Assembly: GCA_965222605.1 (NCBI GenBank) | Contig: OZ244960.1 | Span: 1,152,001 to 1,216,000 of the forward strand | DNA from: Candidatus Latescibacterota bacterium | GTDB lineage: Bacteria > Latescibacterota > UBA2968 | DNA: 64,000 bases | Direction: 5' to 3' | Shown here: positions 9,375 through 18,812 of the stretch, piece after piece | How the letters are laid out: every line of letters starts with the position of its first letter | How positions within the stretch are numbered: the stretch's first letter is position 1 | The notes under the pieces: generated by a model | Told to the model about the DNA's origin: nothing | Seen by the model: the letters and a program-made list of their open reading frames with translations, nothing else | Databases searched by the model: none | Position numbers and translations under genes: made by a program

Positions 9375-10747
9375 TGGGTTATATGGAAGGATTAACGCTA
9401 TCAGATGTAATTGAATCAACCCGAGGCCACTGGACCGGACAGGGTGATCCCACCGCTATTGTGCCAACAGGGGTCAGTATTGATACGAGGACGCTCAAAC
9501 CAGGCGAAATTTTCTTTGCATTGCCCGGCGAAAAGGTCGATGGTCACCAATTTTTGGACGCTGCATTTGACAGGGGAGCCTGTGCTGCAGTGGTCACCAG
9601 GTCTGGAGTTCGAGAATCGCGGCAACTGATCGCCGTCGATGCACCCGATTTGGCTCTGGGCGATCTGGCGCAGTTTTATCGCAGGCGTTTTGACATTCCC
9701 GTTATTGGTATTACGGGTAGCAGCGGCAAAACCACGACCAAAGATATGGTCGCAGCTGTTTTGAGCACTCGGTATCGGGTTTTGGCGACACAGGGAAATC
9801 TCAATAACAGACTGGGGGTGCCGCTCACCTTATTTAACCTATCGGCACATTGCGATGTCGCAGTTATTGAAATGGGCATTACCGAACGCGGTGGCATGCG
9901 CTATCTGTGCGAAATTGCGCAACCGACCATCGGCATGATAACCAATATCGGACCAGCACATATCGAGTTTTTCGGCTCTGTAGAGGGTGTGGCAAAAGCC
10001 AAAGGGGAACTTCTGGAATATCTAGACGAGTCTTCTATGACTATCTTGAATCTCGATGACCTGTTTTTGTCCAAGGAGAGAGCAAAAGTTAAGGGGAGAC
10101 TCCTGGGCATTGGCATCGAACAGATATGTCAGTTTCGTGGGGAGGGACTCAAACTGGATCAGAAGGGCTTTGGTCATTTCTCTCTACAGGGCCATTCTTT
10201 TCACCTGTCAATTCCGGGCAAGCACAATGTGTATAACGCGCTAATGGCTGCAACGGCAGGTCGGGCACTCAATGTGCCCCTACAAGATACGGCAAAAGCA
10301 CTTGAGAATTTTACGCTGACCAAACTGAGAAGCCAGGTGCTGGAACACAATGGGATTCGCATGATCAACGACACGTACAACGCCAATCCCGCGTCGATGC
10401 GGGCAGCACTTGAGACCCTATCACAAATTGAGGTGGATGGTCGGCGGATCGCAGTGGTGGGCGATATGCGCGAATTAGGGGCAATGACCCACGACGCACA
10501 TCGGGCGTTGGGGCGCGAAGCTGGTAATCGGCACATTGACGCACTTTTCGCGCTGGGCGACCTGGCACCGGTGGTCGTTGAAGGGGGGCGCGAAGCAGGT
10601 ATAGATCAGGCGTGGGCTTATGCAGACCGAGATGCGTTAACCGGGGCATTGCAGGCTTATTTGAAACCCGGAGACTTGATGCTCATCAAGGGATCGCGCG
10701 GTATTGCAATGGAAAGAATAGTTACAGCACTGGGATTTGAAATGTGA
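9374..10747 (+). CDS. murF: UDP-MurNAc-pentapeptide synthetase
   Basis: ITGSSGKTTTK, GNLNNRLGVP, DTYNANP and KGSRG motifs. Confidence 0.95.
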   Translation: MGYMEGLTLSDVIESTRGHWTGQGDPTAIVPTGVSIDTRTLKPGEIFFALPGEKVDGHQFLDAAFDRGACAAVVTRSGVRESRQLIAVDAPDLALGDLAQFYRRRFDIPVIGITGSSGKTTTKDMVAAVLSTRYRVLATQGNLNNRLGVPLTLFNLSAHCDVAVIEMGITERGGMRYLCEIAQPTIGMITNIGPAHIEFFGSVEGVAKAKGELLEYLDESSMTILNLDDLFLSKERAKVKGRLLGIGIEQICQFRGEGLKLDQKGFGHFSLQGHSFHLSIPGKHNVYNALMAATAGRALNVPLQDTAKALENFTLTKLRSQVLEHNGIRMINDTYNANPASMRAALETLSQIEVDGRRIAVVGDMRELGAMTHDAHRALGREAGNRHIDALFALGDLAPVVVEGGREAGIDQAWAYADRDALTGALQAYLKPGDLMLIKGSRGIAMERIVTALGFEM

Positions 10748-10861
10748 AAGGCGTGACATGTGAAACGCGAGACGTAAGAGGGCCGCCCAACCACCCTGCC
10801 GGAAAGACGCGAGGGGTGGGGTGGACTTCTCACTTCTCACTTCTCACCTCTTACTTCTTAC
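10744..10861. repeat. heptamer-periodic palindromic element E3
   Basis: Left arm GTGAAAG-GC-GTGACAT GTGAAAC GCGAGAC GTAAGAG contains the murF stop. Right arm is (TTCTCAC)3 CTCTTAC TTCTTAC. GC-rich spacer; ftsW ATG follows at 10869. Confidence 0.85.
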
Positions 10862-10868
10862 CTTTTTT

Positions 10869-12074
10869 ATGACACTGACAAACGAACAAAGAGATGATCG
10901 AACCTGGATTTTGCTGCTCCTCATTGTGGTTATGCTGGTGGGCTTTGGTACGGTGATGGTGTATAGTGCCAGTTCTGGATTGGCGCAACTGCGATTTGAC
11001 AACAGCAATTTTTTTCTCAACCGCTGGGCCATTCGCATGGCCATCAGTCTGGCGGTGATGGTTCTGCTAATTCACATAGACTATCGAGTCTGGCGAAAAA
11101 AAGCGCGCTTGATGCTGATGATAGCTTTTGGTTTTTTGCTCGTGGTACTCATCCTCAAGCTATTTGGCATTGGTAAGGTGCGAGGTGCGTATCGCTGGAT
11201 ACCATTGCCGGGGGGGCAATTCCAACCCGCCGATATGATGCGCATGGTACTGGTGCTTTACCTGGCCGATTCCCTGACGCGCCGCCAGGAATTGATTGAA
11301 AATTTCAAATCGGGCTTTTTGCCGCATGCCGTGGTAATCGGCACGGCAATGGTGATGATTGTGATACAACCCGATTTGGGTACAGCGGTGGCGATTGGGA
11401 TAACCTGTGCATTGATGCTCTATCTGGGCGGTGTGCGGCTGCGACATCTTATGGCAACGTGCGCGGGTCTTTTGCCCGTCCTGTATGTGATTGTTTTTGT
11501 TTTTGGGTACCGCCGTGAGCGCGTGATGACCTTTATCTCTCCCAGCGACGATGTGCAAAATACGGGCTATCACCTCGCGCAATCCCTTCTCGCCCTGGGT
11601 AGTGGTGGATTTTGGGGCACGGGCTTGGGACAGGGCCAGCAAAAATATTTCTTTTTACCCGAGCCTCATACCGATTTTGTATTTAGCATTGTGGGTGAAG
11701 AGCTCGGTTTGTGGGGCACCATGCTCGTTTTGATTTTATTTTTTATTTTTGGGCGGTGCGGATTTCGCATTGCCCGCACAGCCCCTGATACCTTTGGTTT
11801 TCTATTCGCTTCTGGTATTACCATTACGATTCTGATTTATGCTCTGATCAACATGGGTGTGGCCACCGGGTTGCTGCCTGTCACGGGACTTCCCCTTCCC
11901 TTTATCAGCTACGGTGGTTCATCCTTGATGTTTACACTCTCCGCGACAGGTGTGCTCATTGGTATAGGACGGGCGAATACTCGAAACAAAACCCGTCACT
12001 CACCTGCTGCATCGCAAACCGTTCCCCGGCACGCGATGTACAGACGACAGCACCTCATCATTCCCCGACGTTGA
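10869..12074 (+). CDS. ftsW: SEDS glycosyltransferase FtsW
   Basis: MVYSAS, GAYRWI, QPDLG, FLPEPHTDF and LPFISYGGSS motifs; start moved past the repeat. Confidence 0.93.
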   Translation: MTLTNEQRDDRTWILLLLIVVMLVGFGTVMVYSASSGLAQLRFDNSNFFLNRWAIRMAISLAVMVLLIHIDYRVWRKKARLMLMIAFGFLLVVLILKLFGIGKVRGAYRWIPLPGGQFQPADMMRMVLVLYLADSLTRRQELIENFKSGFLPHAVVIGTAMVMIVIQPDLGTAVAIGITCALMLYLGGVRLRHLMATCAGLLPVLYVIVFVFGYRRERVMTFISPSDDVQNTGYHLAQSLLALGSGGFWGTGLGQGQQKYFFLPEPHTDFVFSIVGEELGLWGTMLVLILFFIFGRCGFRIARTAPDTFGFLFASGITITILIYALINMGVATGLLPVTGLPLPFISYGGSSLMFTLSATGVLIGIGRANTRNKTRHSPAASQTVPRHAMYRRQHLIIPRR

Positions 12075-13447
12075 ACGATTTTAAAATGGTCTCATTCGAC
12101 GCTGGAACCCGAGTGCATTTTATTGGCATTGGTGGCATAAGCATGAGCGCGTTGGCCGAATTACTCGCCGCACGAGGATGCCTCATTTCGGGTTCTGACC
12201 GGCAGGATTCACCGCTCATTCGGCGTTTGGAACAACTCGGCATTCCCGTTCGAATTGGACATATGCGTAGTGCCATCGCTGGAGCCGACTGCGTCGTTTA
12301 CACATCGGCGACGGATTCTGAGAATCCCGAGAGAAAAGCCGCGCGTGAAAAAGGCATCCCCCTGTTGCGCCGCGCCGAATTGCTTGGTCAACTCGTGAAT
12401 CCACATCCCGCGATATGCGTGGCGGGTACGCACGGCAAGACCACCACAACGGCAATGATTGCGACCATGCTCATCGCCGCAGACCATGCCCCAACAGCTC
12501 TTGTAGGGGGTGTGATTTGCGGCTGGGAAACCGCGCTACACATTGGCAGTGGCGCGCTCTGGGTGGTAGAAGCCGACGAATACGATCGCTCTTTTTTGAC
12601 ATTAAAACCCAAAATTGCCGTGGTGACGGCACTGGAAGCCGATCACCTCGACTGCTACGAAGACATGAACGACATTCGCGCGACTTTTGAACAATTTGTC
12701 AATACTCTGCCCGACGATGGCTGCGCTGTGTTGTGTGCCGACTCCCCCGAGATACGCATGCTCAGTCTCGATGGGCGATACCAAAAAATAACCTGCGGTT
12801 TGACAGGTGGCGATCTTCGCGCAACAAGCATTGAACAAGACGGTTTTGGGATCGCTTTTGACGTGTTGGAAAAGAATACCCGGTTGGGGCGCATACGCCT
12901 TCAAGTGCCGGGCAAACACAATGTGGCCAATGCCCTCTCAGCACTTGGGGTTGGCAAGTATGTCGGCCTCAATTGGGAAGAAATTTGTCGTGGTATCGAA
13001 GCATTTCGAGGTGTTCACCGTCGGTTTGAAATGCTCGGCGAAGCACAAGGTATCGCGGTGGTTGATGACTACGCCCATCACCCTACAGAAATTGCCACCA
13101 CACTTCAGGCTGCGCGGGCGGGATGGTGCGGCCGCCTTGTAGCCGCTTTTCAACCGCATTTGTACACCCGCACGCGGGATTTTGCGCCCGATTTCGCCCG
13201 AGTGCTACAACGAGCCGATCGCGTGTGGATCACCGATATTTATCCCGCGCGGGAAGAACCCATTGCGGGCGTTGATGGAAAGTGGCTTGCCGATCAAATT
13301 CCCGACGCAAATTACGCACCTGCACTAAATGATTTAAAAGCGGCATTGTTAAACGACTTGCGCGCTGGCGACCTGCTACTGGTTATGGGTGCTGGAGATA
13401 TTGAAACAGTTGCCCGCGATATTTACCAAATCCTTAGAGAAGTATAA
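12071..13447 (+). CDS. murC: UDP-N-acetylmuramate--L-alanine ligase
   Basis: GIGGISMS, AGTHGKTTTT, EADEYD, DDYAHHPTE and FQPHLYTRT motifs. Confidence 0.96.
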   Translation: MNDFKMVSFDAGTRVHFIGIGGISMSALAELLAARGCLISGSDRQDSPLIRRLEQLGIPVRIGHMRSAIAGADCVVYTSATDSENPERKAAREKGIPLLRRAELLGQLVNPHPAICVAGTHGKTTTTAMIATMLIAADHAPTALVGGVICGWETALHIGSGALWVVEADEYDRSFLTLKPKIAVVTALEADHLDCYEDMNDIRATFEQFVNTLPDDGCAVLCADSPEIRMLSLDGRYQKITCGLTGGDLRATSIEQDGFGIAFDVLEKNTRLGRIRLQVPGKHNVANALSALGVGKYVGLNWEEICRGIEAFRGVHRRFEMLGEAQGIAVVDDYAHHPTEIATTLQAARAGWCGRLVAAFQPHLYTRTRDFAPDFARVLQRADRVWITDIYPAREEPIAGVDGKWLADQIPDANYAPALNDLKAALLNDLRAGDLLLVMGAGDIETVARDIYQILREV

Positions 13448-13451
13448 GGCA

Positions 13452-14369
13452 ATGTACAATGTACGACGCGATTTGCTCGCGAGAGAGATTCAACGCCAAT
13501 GCCGGGGAAAGCTCAAGCGCGATGAACCCCTCGCCAAACACACGACATTTGGATTGGGCGGTACTGCGGACCTCTTTTTCGCACCAGCCGATCTCAGTGA
13601 TCTGGCCATTGCTGTACCGCTGATCAAAGACGCCGGGCTTCCGATTTTTCCGCTGGGTGGGGGAACAAATACCCTCGTGCGCGACAGCGGATTCCGCGGG
13701 TTGGTCATTTCACTGACAGCGGGCGCGCGGCGCATTGAGATTGGGGATGACGAGGGCGTCATACAGGCTGGCGCGAGCACGCAGGTGGTATCTCGACAAT
13801 GCCAGCGAGCAGGCAAAACAGGATTGGAATTTGGGTGCGGGATTCCCGGCACCATCGGCGGCGCAATATGGGGCAATGCCGGCGCCTGGGGCGGTGAAAC
13901 GATGGATCGTATAAACTGGTTGCGCGGTATTGATCTTAGAACGGGTCGGGAAATTCATCTCGAGCAATCCAACATTTCTTTCGGATATCGACACACTGAC
14001 TTGCCCCGTGATCTGCTCATTGTCGAAGCAGGATTTCGACTTGTAGAAGGCGATCCCAAAACCATTGCCACCGAGATGGTTCGCATGTTGGCAGAGCGCA
14101 AGAGTACGCAACCGCTGTCAAACCGCAGCTCTGGGTGCATTTTTAAGAATCCACCGGGGCATTCTGCGGGAGCACTCATCGACAGTGCCGGATGCAAAGG
14201 AATGTCGATAGGGGCAGTGAAAATTTCGGATGTACACGCCAATTTTATGGTCAACCTCGGTGGGCATTCCACCGAAGATGTGCTCGCGCTGATCGCGCGG
14301 GTTCAAAAGCGCGTTTTTCAGGTTCACAAAATTGAATTGGAGACAGAAGTAAGAATATTGGGTGAATAA
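13452..14369 (+). CDS. murB: UDP-N-acetylenolpyruvoylglucosamine reductase
   Basis: HTTFGLGG, GIPGTIGGA-NAGA, GCIFKNP and HANF motifs. Confidence 0.95.
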   Translation: MYNVRRDLLAREIQRQCRGKLKRDEPLAKHTTFGLGGTADLFFAPADLSDLAIAVPLIKDAGLPIFPLGGGTNTLVRDSGFRGLVISLTAGARRIEIGDDEGVIQAGASTQVVSRQCQRAGKTGLEFGCGIPGTIGGAIWGNAGAWGGETMDRINWLRGIDLRTGREIHLEQSNISFGYRHTDLPRDLLIVEAGFRLVEGDPKTIATEMVRMLAERKSTQPLSNRSSGCIFKNPPGHSAGALIDSAGCKGMSIGAVKISDVHANFMVNLGGHSTEDVLALIARVQKRVFQVHKIELETEVRILGE

Positions 14370-14392
14370 TGAACTTTTCTCAGGAGGATTTT

Positions 14393-15211
14393 ATGTCTGG
14401 GTATAAACCAATCTACATATCTCACAGGTCTGAAAATACACAGGACGCGGTGAACGCGACCCTGAACACAACGCCTACACCGCAGAAGCGTCCGCGAAAA
14501 TTCGCACGCTGGGTGATTGTTATGACACTGATGAGCCTGCTGGTTGTGGGTATCCAAAATGCCTATTCATCGCTGGCAGATTCAGACTTCTTTCTCATGA
14601 CACATATTCGGATCCTCGGCAACTCCCTGATGTCTGAAGCTGAGGTCGTGGCTCTTTCGCAATTGCAGGTGGGCGCAAATCTGTTTACCTGTGATATAAC
14701 ATCTGCAACAGAACGCGTGGCACAACACCCAATGGTCAAAAAGGTGTTGCTACATAGAGAGTTACCGGAAACACTGGTCATTAGCATTGAGGAACGCCAG
14801 CCTGTTGGGCTGTTGAACACGCCCAAAGGTTTGATGGGACTGGATGAGTCCGGCAAAATTTTCCCCCTGTCTCCTGCTGCGCAGGTGGATTTGCCCATTC
14901 TGACGGGTGTTGATTTGCAAAGGGATAAGGATGGCTCTTGGGCAAGTGCTCTGGCGGGATTTGTGACGGAATTGCAAATCCGTACACCGGCGTTTTGGCG
15001 CGAAATTTCAGAAATCTGCACGGACAATCCATATTCTGCTACGGTTTATCTGGTGGCCGATGATCTGGCCCTCAAAATGCGTTTTGAAAACCCCGAAAAG
15101 CAGATTCGGAATTTCCGCGCCTACACCCAGACCACATCTGGACTTGGCACAGACCTCGCGTATATTGACCTGCGCTATCGAGATCAAGTAATCGTGGGTA
15201 GGCGGCAGTAG
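14393..15211 (+). CDS. ftsQ: cell division protein FtsQ
   Basis: TM plus POTRA-like region and C-terminal YIDLRY; AGGAGG SD before ATG 14393. Confidence 0.88.
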   Translation: MSGYKPIYISHRSENTQDAVNATLNTTPTPQKRPRKFARWVIVMTLMSLLVVGIQNAYSSLADSDFFLMTHIRILGNSLMSEAEVVALSQLQVGANLFTCDITSATERVAQHPMVKKVLLHRELPETLVISIEERQPVGLLNTPKGLMGLDESGKIFPLSPAAQVDLPILTGVDLQRDKDGSWASALAGFVTELQIRTPAFWREISEICTDNPYSATVYLVADDLALKMRFENPEKQIRNFRAYTQTTSGLGTDLAYIDLRYRDQVIVGRRQ

Positions 15212-15236
15212 TTCATTAGTGAAAGGGACCCACAAG

Positions 15237-16457
15237 ATGGATCGAATTGTTGGACTCGATATTGGCTCCACCAAGATCTGTGTTGTTGTAGCTGAAGTGG
15301 AAGATGACGGCACGCCCAAAATTACGGGATTGGGCAGTAGCCCCTCCCAGGGCCTCAAGCGCGGTGTGGTGATCAATGTGGAAAAGACCGTGCAATCTAT
15401 CCGCACAGCTATAGAAGAAGCTCAGGAAATGTCGGGCACGCGCATTGGTGCTGTTTATGCGGGCATTGCCGGAGATCATATTCGCAGCGTGAATACGCGA
15501 GCGGTTGTGGCCGTGTCGGGACCGGACAATGAGATTACGGCCAATGATGAAGAACGCGTGATTGAAGCAGCCAAAGCGGTATCTATTCCCATGGATCGGG
15601 AAATTGTTCATGTGCTGCCACAGTCTTTTGTGGTTGACGACCAGCCCGGTATTAAAGACCCCATTGGCATGTCGGGTGTGAGACTCGAAGTCGATGTACA
15701 CATTGTAACCGGCGCCGTAACTTCAGCACAGAATATCTGCAAAAGTATTCGTCGCGCAGGTGTAGAGGTGGTGGACCTGGTGCTCGAACCCATTGCTTCG
15801 AGTTATGCGGTATTGACACCTGACGAAGAGGAAATGGGCGTGGCATTGGTCGATATCGGAGGGGGCACGACCGACCTGGCAGTATTTTACGACGGTGCTA
15901 TTCGCCATACAGCCGTTGTGGGATTAGGGGGGACAAATGTGACAAACGATATGGCCATTGGTTTGCGAACGCCCTGGAAACAAGCCGAAGCTATGAAGAG
16001 AGAAAGCGGCTGTGCATTGCAATCGCTGGTCAGGCCCAACGATATGGTCGATGTACCGGGAGTTGCCGGACGCCCTTCTCGCAAGGTGTCTCGGGCGAAA
16101 ATGGCCGCGATTATTGAGGCGCGTATGGAAGAAATTTTTGGTCATATAAATCAGGAGATTCACCGCACCGACTATGCCGATCTGCTGGGGGCGGGCATCG
16201 TGCTCACAGGTGGAGGTTCAATGCTCCAGGGTTGTGCTGAACTGGCCAAAGAAATTTTTGACTTGCCCGTGGCGATTGGCAAACCCCGAGGGATAACGGG
16301 GCGGGCCAATGCCGTGAGCGAACCGCTCTATGCCACCGCTGTTGGGCTGGTGCAATTTGGGCTGTTTCACCAAAATGGTAATTTTATATCCGATGACGGC
16401 GATTTTTTTGATTCAGTTTTTGGTCGTATGAAACACTGGGTTCAGAATTTTTTTTAA
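15237..16457 (+). CDS. ftsA: cell division protein FtsA
   Basis: GLDIGSTK, DPIGMSGVRLE, VDIGGGTTD and GIVLTGGGS motifs; amphipathic C-terminal helix. Confidence 0.97.
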   Translation: MDRIVGLDIGSTKICVVVAEVEDDGTPKITGLGSSPSQGLKRGVVINVEKTVQSIRTAIEEAQEMSGTRIGAVYAGIAGDHIRSVNTRAVVAVSGPDNEITANDEERVIEAAKAVSIPMDREIVHVLPQSFVVDDQPGIKDPIGMSGVRLEVDVHIVTGAVTSAQNICKSIRRAGVEVVDLVLEPIASSYAVLTPDEEEMGVALVDIGGGTTDLAVFYDGAIRHTAVVGLGGTNVTNDMAIGLRTPWKQAEAMKRESGCALQSLVRPNDMVDVPGVAGRPSRKVSRAKMAAIIEARMEEIFGHINQEIHRTDYADLLGAGIVLTGGGSMLQGCAELAKEIFDLPVAIGKPRGITGRANAVSEPLYATAVGLVQFGLFHQNGNFISDDGDFFDSVFGRMKHWVQNFF

Positions 16458-16590
16458 AGAGTTTCTGTCTTTACTAATGTTGTGCGTTGCATGTGCTCGC
16501 ACACACATCTCCCCGTTGGATGTTTGGGTTGGGCTAACGGATGTTTAATAGCCTATAAATTCTTATTACTTGTTAAAACAGGGGGTTCTC

Positions 16591-17820
16591 ATGGTTACAT
16601 TTTCCATTGTTGACGCCGATAGCCAGGCCAAAATCCGAGTCGTAGGCGTCGGGGGGTCAGGCGGTAATGCGATCAATCGCATGGTTGAGTCGGGGTTGCA
16701 GGGCGTTGAGTTTATTGCCATCAACACCGACGAACAAGATCTCGAACTTTCACAGGTACCACATTGTATTCAAATTGGGCGCAATGTGACAAAAGGGTTA
16801 GGCGCGGGTGCCAATCCCGAAATTGGCGCAGAAGCAATTGAAGAAAACCGAGACGAGGTGGCCGAGGCATTGGCCGGATCCGATATGGTTTTTGTGACCG
16901 CTGGCATGGGGGGTGGCACGGGCACGGGTGCAGCACCCATCGTCGCCGAAATTGCTCGCGATGCAGGCGCGCTCACTGTGGGCATTGTGAGTCTGCCTTT
17001 TAGAATGGAGGGCATGCCGCGCATGCGCAATGCTCAAGCGGGTATTGATTCCTTGAAAAGATCTGCGGATACTGTGATTATTATCCCCAATCAGCGGCTT
17101 TTAGAAATCAGTTCAGAAGATACAACACTGACAGAGGCGTTTCTCATCGCCGATGATATTTTGTTGCAGGCCACGCGGGGTATTTCCGATTTGATCACCA
17201 TACCCGGCGAGGTGAATCTCGACTTTAATGACGTGCGTACGGTAATGCAAGCCGGTGGCGATGCGCTAATGGGTACAGCCGAGGCTTCGGGCGAAAATCG
17301 GGCGATTACAGCAGCCGAAAAAGCATTGAACAGCCCATTGCTCGACAATGTATCTGTTGCAGGTGCTCAGGGGGTGCTGGTGAATATTTCGGCCAGCAGC
17401 GAACTGAAGCTGTTTGAAATGGATAAAGCTGTGAATCTCATAACCGATGCCGTGGGCCACGAAGCCAATATTATATGGGGCACAGTACTCGATGATAACC
17501 TCGGGGACGAATTGCGCGTCACAGTTATTGCCACAGGCTTTAATACCGGTTCACCACCGAAGCCCAATGCGAACATTTCTTACTCGAAATTCACACCCGA
17601 ACCTCCTGTTAGCACAGATATCCCCGCCTTTATACGCAAAATTGAATCTGAGGATACCAAGCCTACAGCTACAGAGGAAGAAGTTGAGGAAAAATTTGAG
17701 AAAAAATTTGAGAAAAAATTTGAGAAAAAATTTGAGAAAAAATCCGAAATCGACGCTATATCTCTAAACGATCTGCAATACCCCACATTTCTTCGCAGAC
17801 AAAGACAACAAGAAGGGTGA
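16591..17820 (+). CDS. ftsZ: cell division protein FtsZ
   Basis: GVGGSGGNA, GMGGGTGTG and NLDFNDV motifs; C-terminal PTFLRR peptide. Confidence 0.97.
   Translation: MVTFSIVDADSQAKIRVVGVGGSGGNAINRMVESGLQGVEFIAINTDEQDLELSQVPHCIQIGRNVTKGLGAGANPEIGAEAIEENRDEVAEALAGSDMVFVTAGMGGGTGTGAAPIVAEIARDAGALTVGIVSLPFRMEGMPRMRNAQAGIDSLKRSADTVIIIPNQRLLEISSEDTTLTEAFLIADDILLQATRGISDLITIPGEVNLDFNDVRTVMQAGGDALMGTAEASGENRAITAAEKALNSPLLDNVSVAGAQGVLVNISASSELKLFEMDKAVNLITDAVGHEANIIWGTVLDDNLGDELRVTVIATGFNTGSPPKPNANISYSKFTPEPPVSTDIPAFIRKIESEDTKPTATEEEVEEKFEKKFEKKFEKKFEKKSEIDAISLNDLQYPTFLRRQRQQEG
17683..17742 (+). repeat. in-frame 12-bp tandem repeat (TTTGAGAAAAAA)4 plus one degenerate copy in the FtsZ linker
   Basis: Read directly; encodes EEKFEKKFEKKFEKKFEKK. 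Confidence 0.9.
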
Positions 17821-17858
17821 AAGGTAAGACGCAAGACGCAAGCTCCCCCTTGCGTCTT
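17817..17858 (+). repeat. heptamer-periodic palindromic element E4
   Basis: GTGAAAG GTAAGAC GCAAGAC GCAAG contains the ftsZ stop; AAGACGCAAG/CTTGCGTCTT is a perfect 10-bp stem; ATG follows at 17859. Confidence 0.75.
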
Positions 17859-18743
17859 ATGCCCCCCCAAAAACAGGCATATATCTACGCAATTTCTGCC
17901 GTCTTTCTGTGGTCAACGGCAGCCACGGCATTTAAGCTGTCGCTGCGCGTTTTAGATCCCATTCAACTTTTGTTCTACGCTGTACTTGCGTCGTCCATTG
18001 TTCTGGGCCTGATTCTAATGGCTCAGGGCAAATGGTCGGCGATTTTTTTATGTACGAGACGACAGTATTTGCAATCTCTCGGATTGGGATTGCTCAATCC
18101 GTGTGCCTACTATCTGGTATTGTTGCGCGCTTATGACCTGCTACCCGCGCAGGAAGCGCAACCTCTGAATTACACCTGGGCAATAGCACTGGCACTATTG
18201 TCCATTCCCCTTTTGAAACAGAAATTGACCCTGTGGGATGTGATCGGCGGGATGGTGAGTTATGCAGGAGTGTTTGTAATTTCTACTCGGGGAGATGTAA
18301 TGGGATTTCGATTTTCCAATCCCCTGGGAGTGGGGCTGGCTCTTTTCAGCAGCTTTTTGTGGGCGCTGTACTGGATTTTCAACAAACGGGATACGCGAGA
18401 TCCGGTTGTGGGAATGTTTTTGAATTTTGTTTTTTCATTGCCTTTTGTGCTAACAATCTGTATCGCATTTTCAGATATTCGGATCAATATACAGGGGTTA
18501 GGTGGCGCTATTTACGTCGGATTATTTGAAATGGGCATCACATTTGTCCTGTGGTTGTCGGCGATGAAGCTCACTGATCATATCGCGCGAATCGGGAATT
18601 TGATTTTTTTATCCCCATTCTTATCTCTCGTCTTTATCCACTTTTTGGTGGGAGAAGATATACTTCCTTCCACTTATGTCGGGTTGATATTAATCATCGC
18701 GGGCTTGATTGTGCAGCAAAGAAAGTCCCAGAGTGTTGCCTGA
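17859..18743 (+). CDS. DMT/EamA family transporter
   Basis: About 10 hydrophobic helices in a duplicated EamA pattern. Confidence 0.85.
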   Translation: MPPQKQAYIYAISAVFLWSTAATAFKLSLRVLDPIQLLFYAVLASSIVLGLILMAQGKWSAIFLCTRRQYLQSLGLGLLNPCAYYLVLLRAYDLLPAQEAQPLNYTWAIALALLSIPLLKQKLTLWDVIGGMVSYAGVFVISTRGDVMGFRFSNPLGVGLALFSSFLWALYWIFNKRDTRDPVVGMFLNFVFSLPFVLTICIAFSDIRINIQGLGGAIYVGLFEMGITFVLWLSAMKLTDHIARIGNLIFLSPFLSLVFIHFLVGEDILPSTYVGLILIIAGLIVQQRKSQSVA

Positions 18744-18812
18744 ACCGCTTTACACTGTACACATCTGGCATTAATTTAATCCGATTCCACAAATGTTAAT
18801 CAAGGAGGGTTT

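Noticed and set aside
10821-10868. N-terminal extension of FtsW (MDFSLLTSHLLLLTFF)
   Set aside because: It is a translation of the heptamer repeat arm. The longer ORF starts for mraZ, murB and the EamA gene were rejected for similar overlap or context reasons.
16458-16590. ftsA-ftsZ intergenic region as a possible ncRNA
   Set aside because: Only weak local complementarity and no recognisable RNA family motif.
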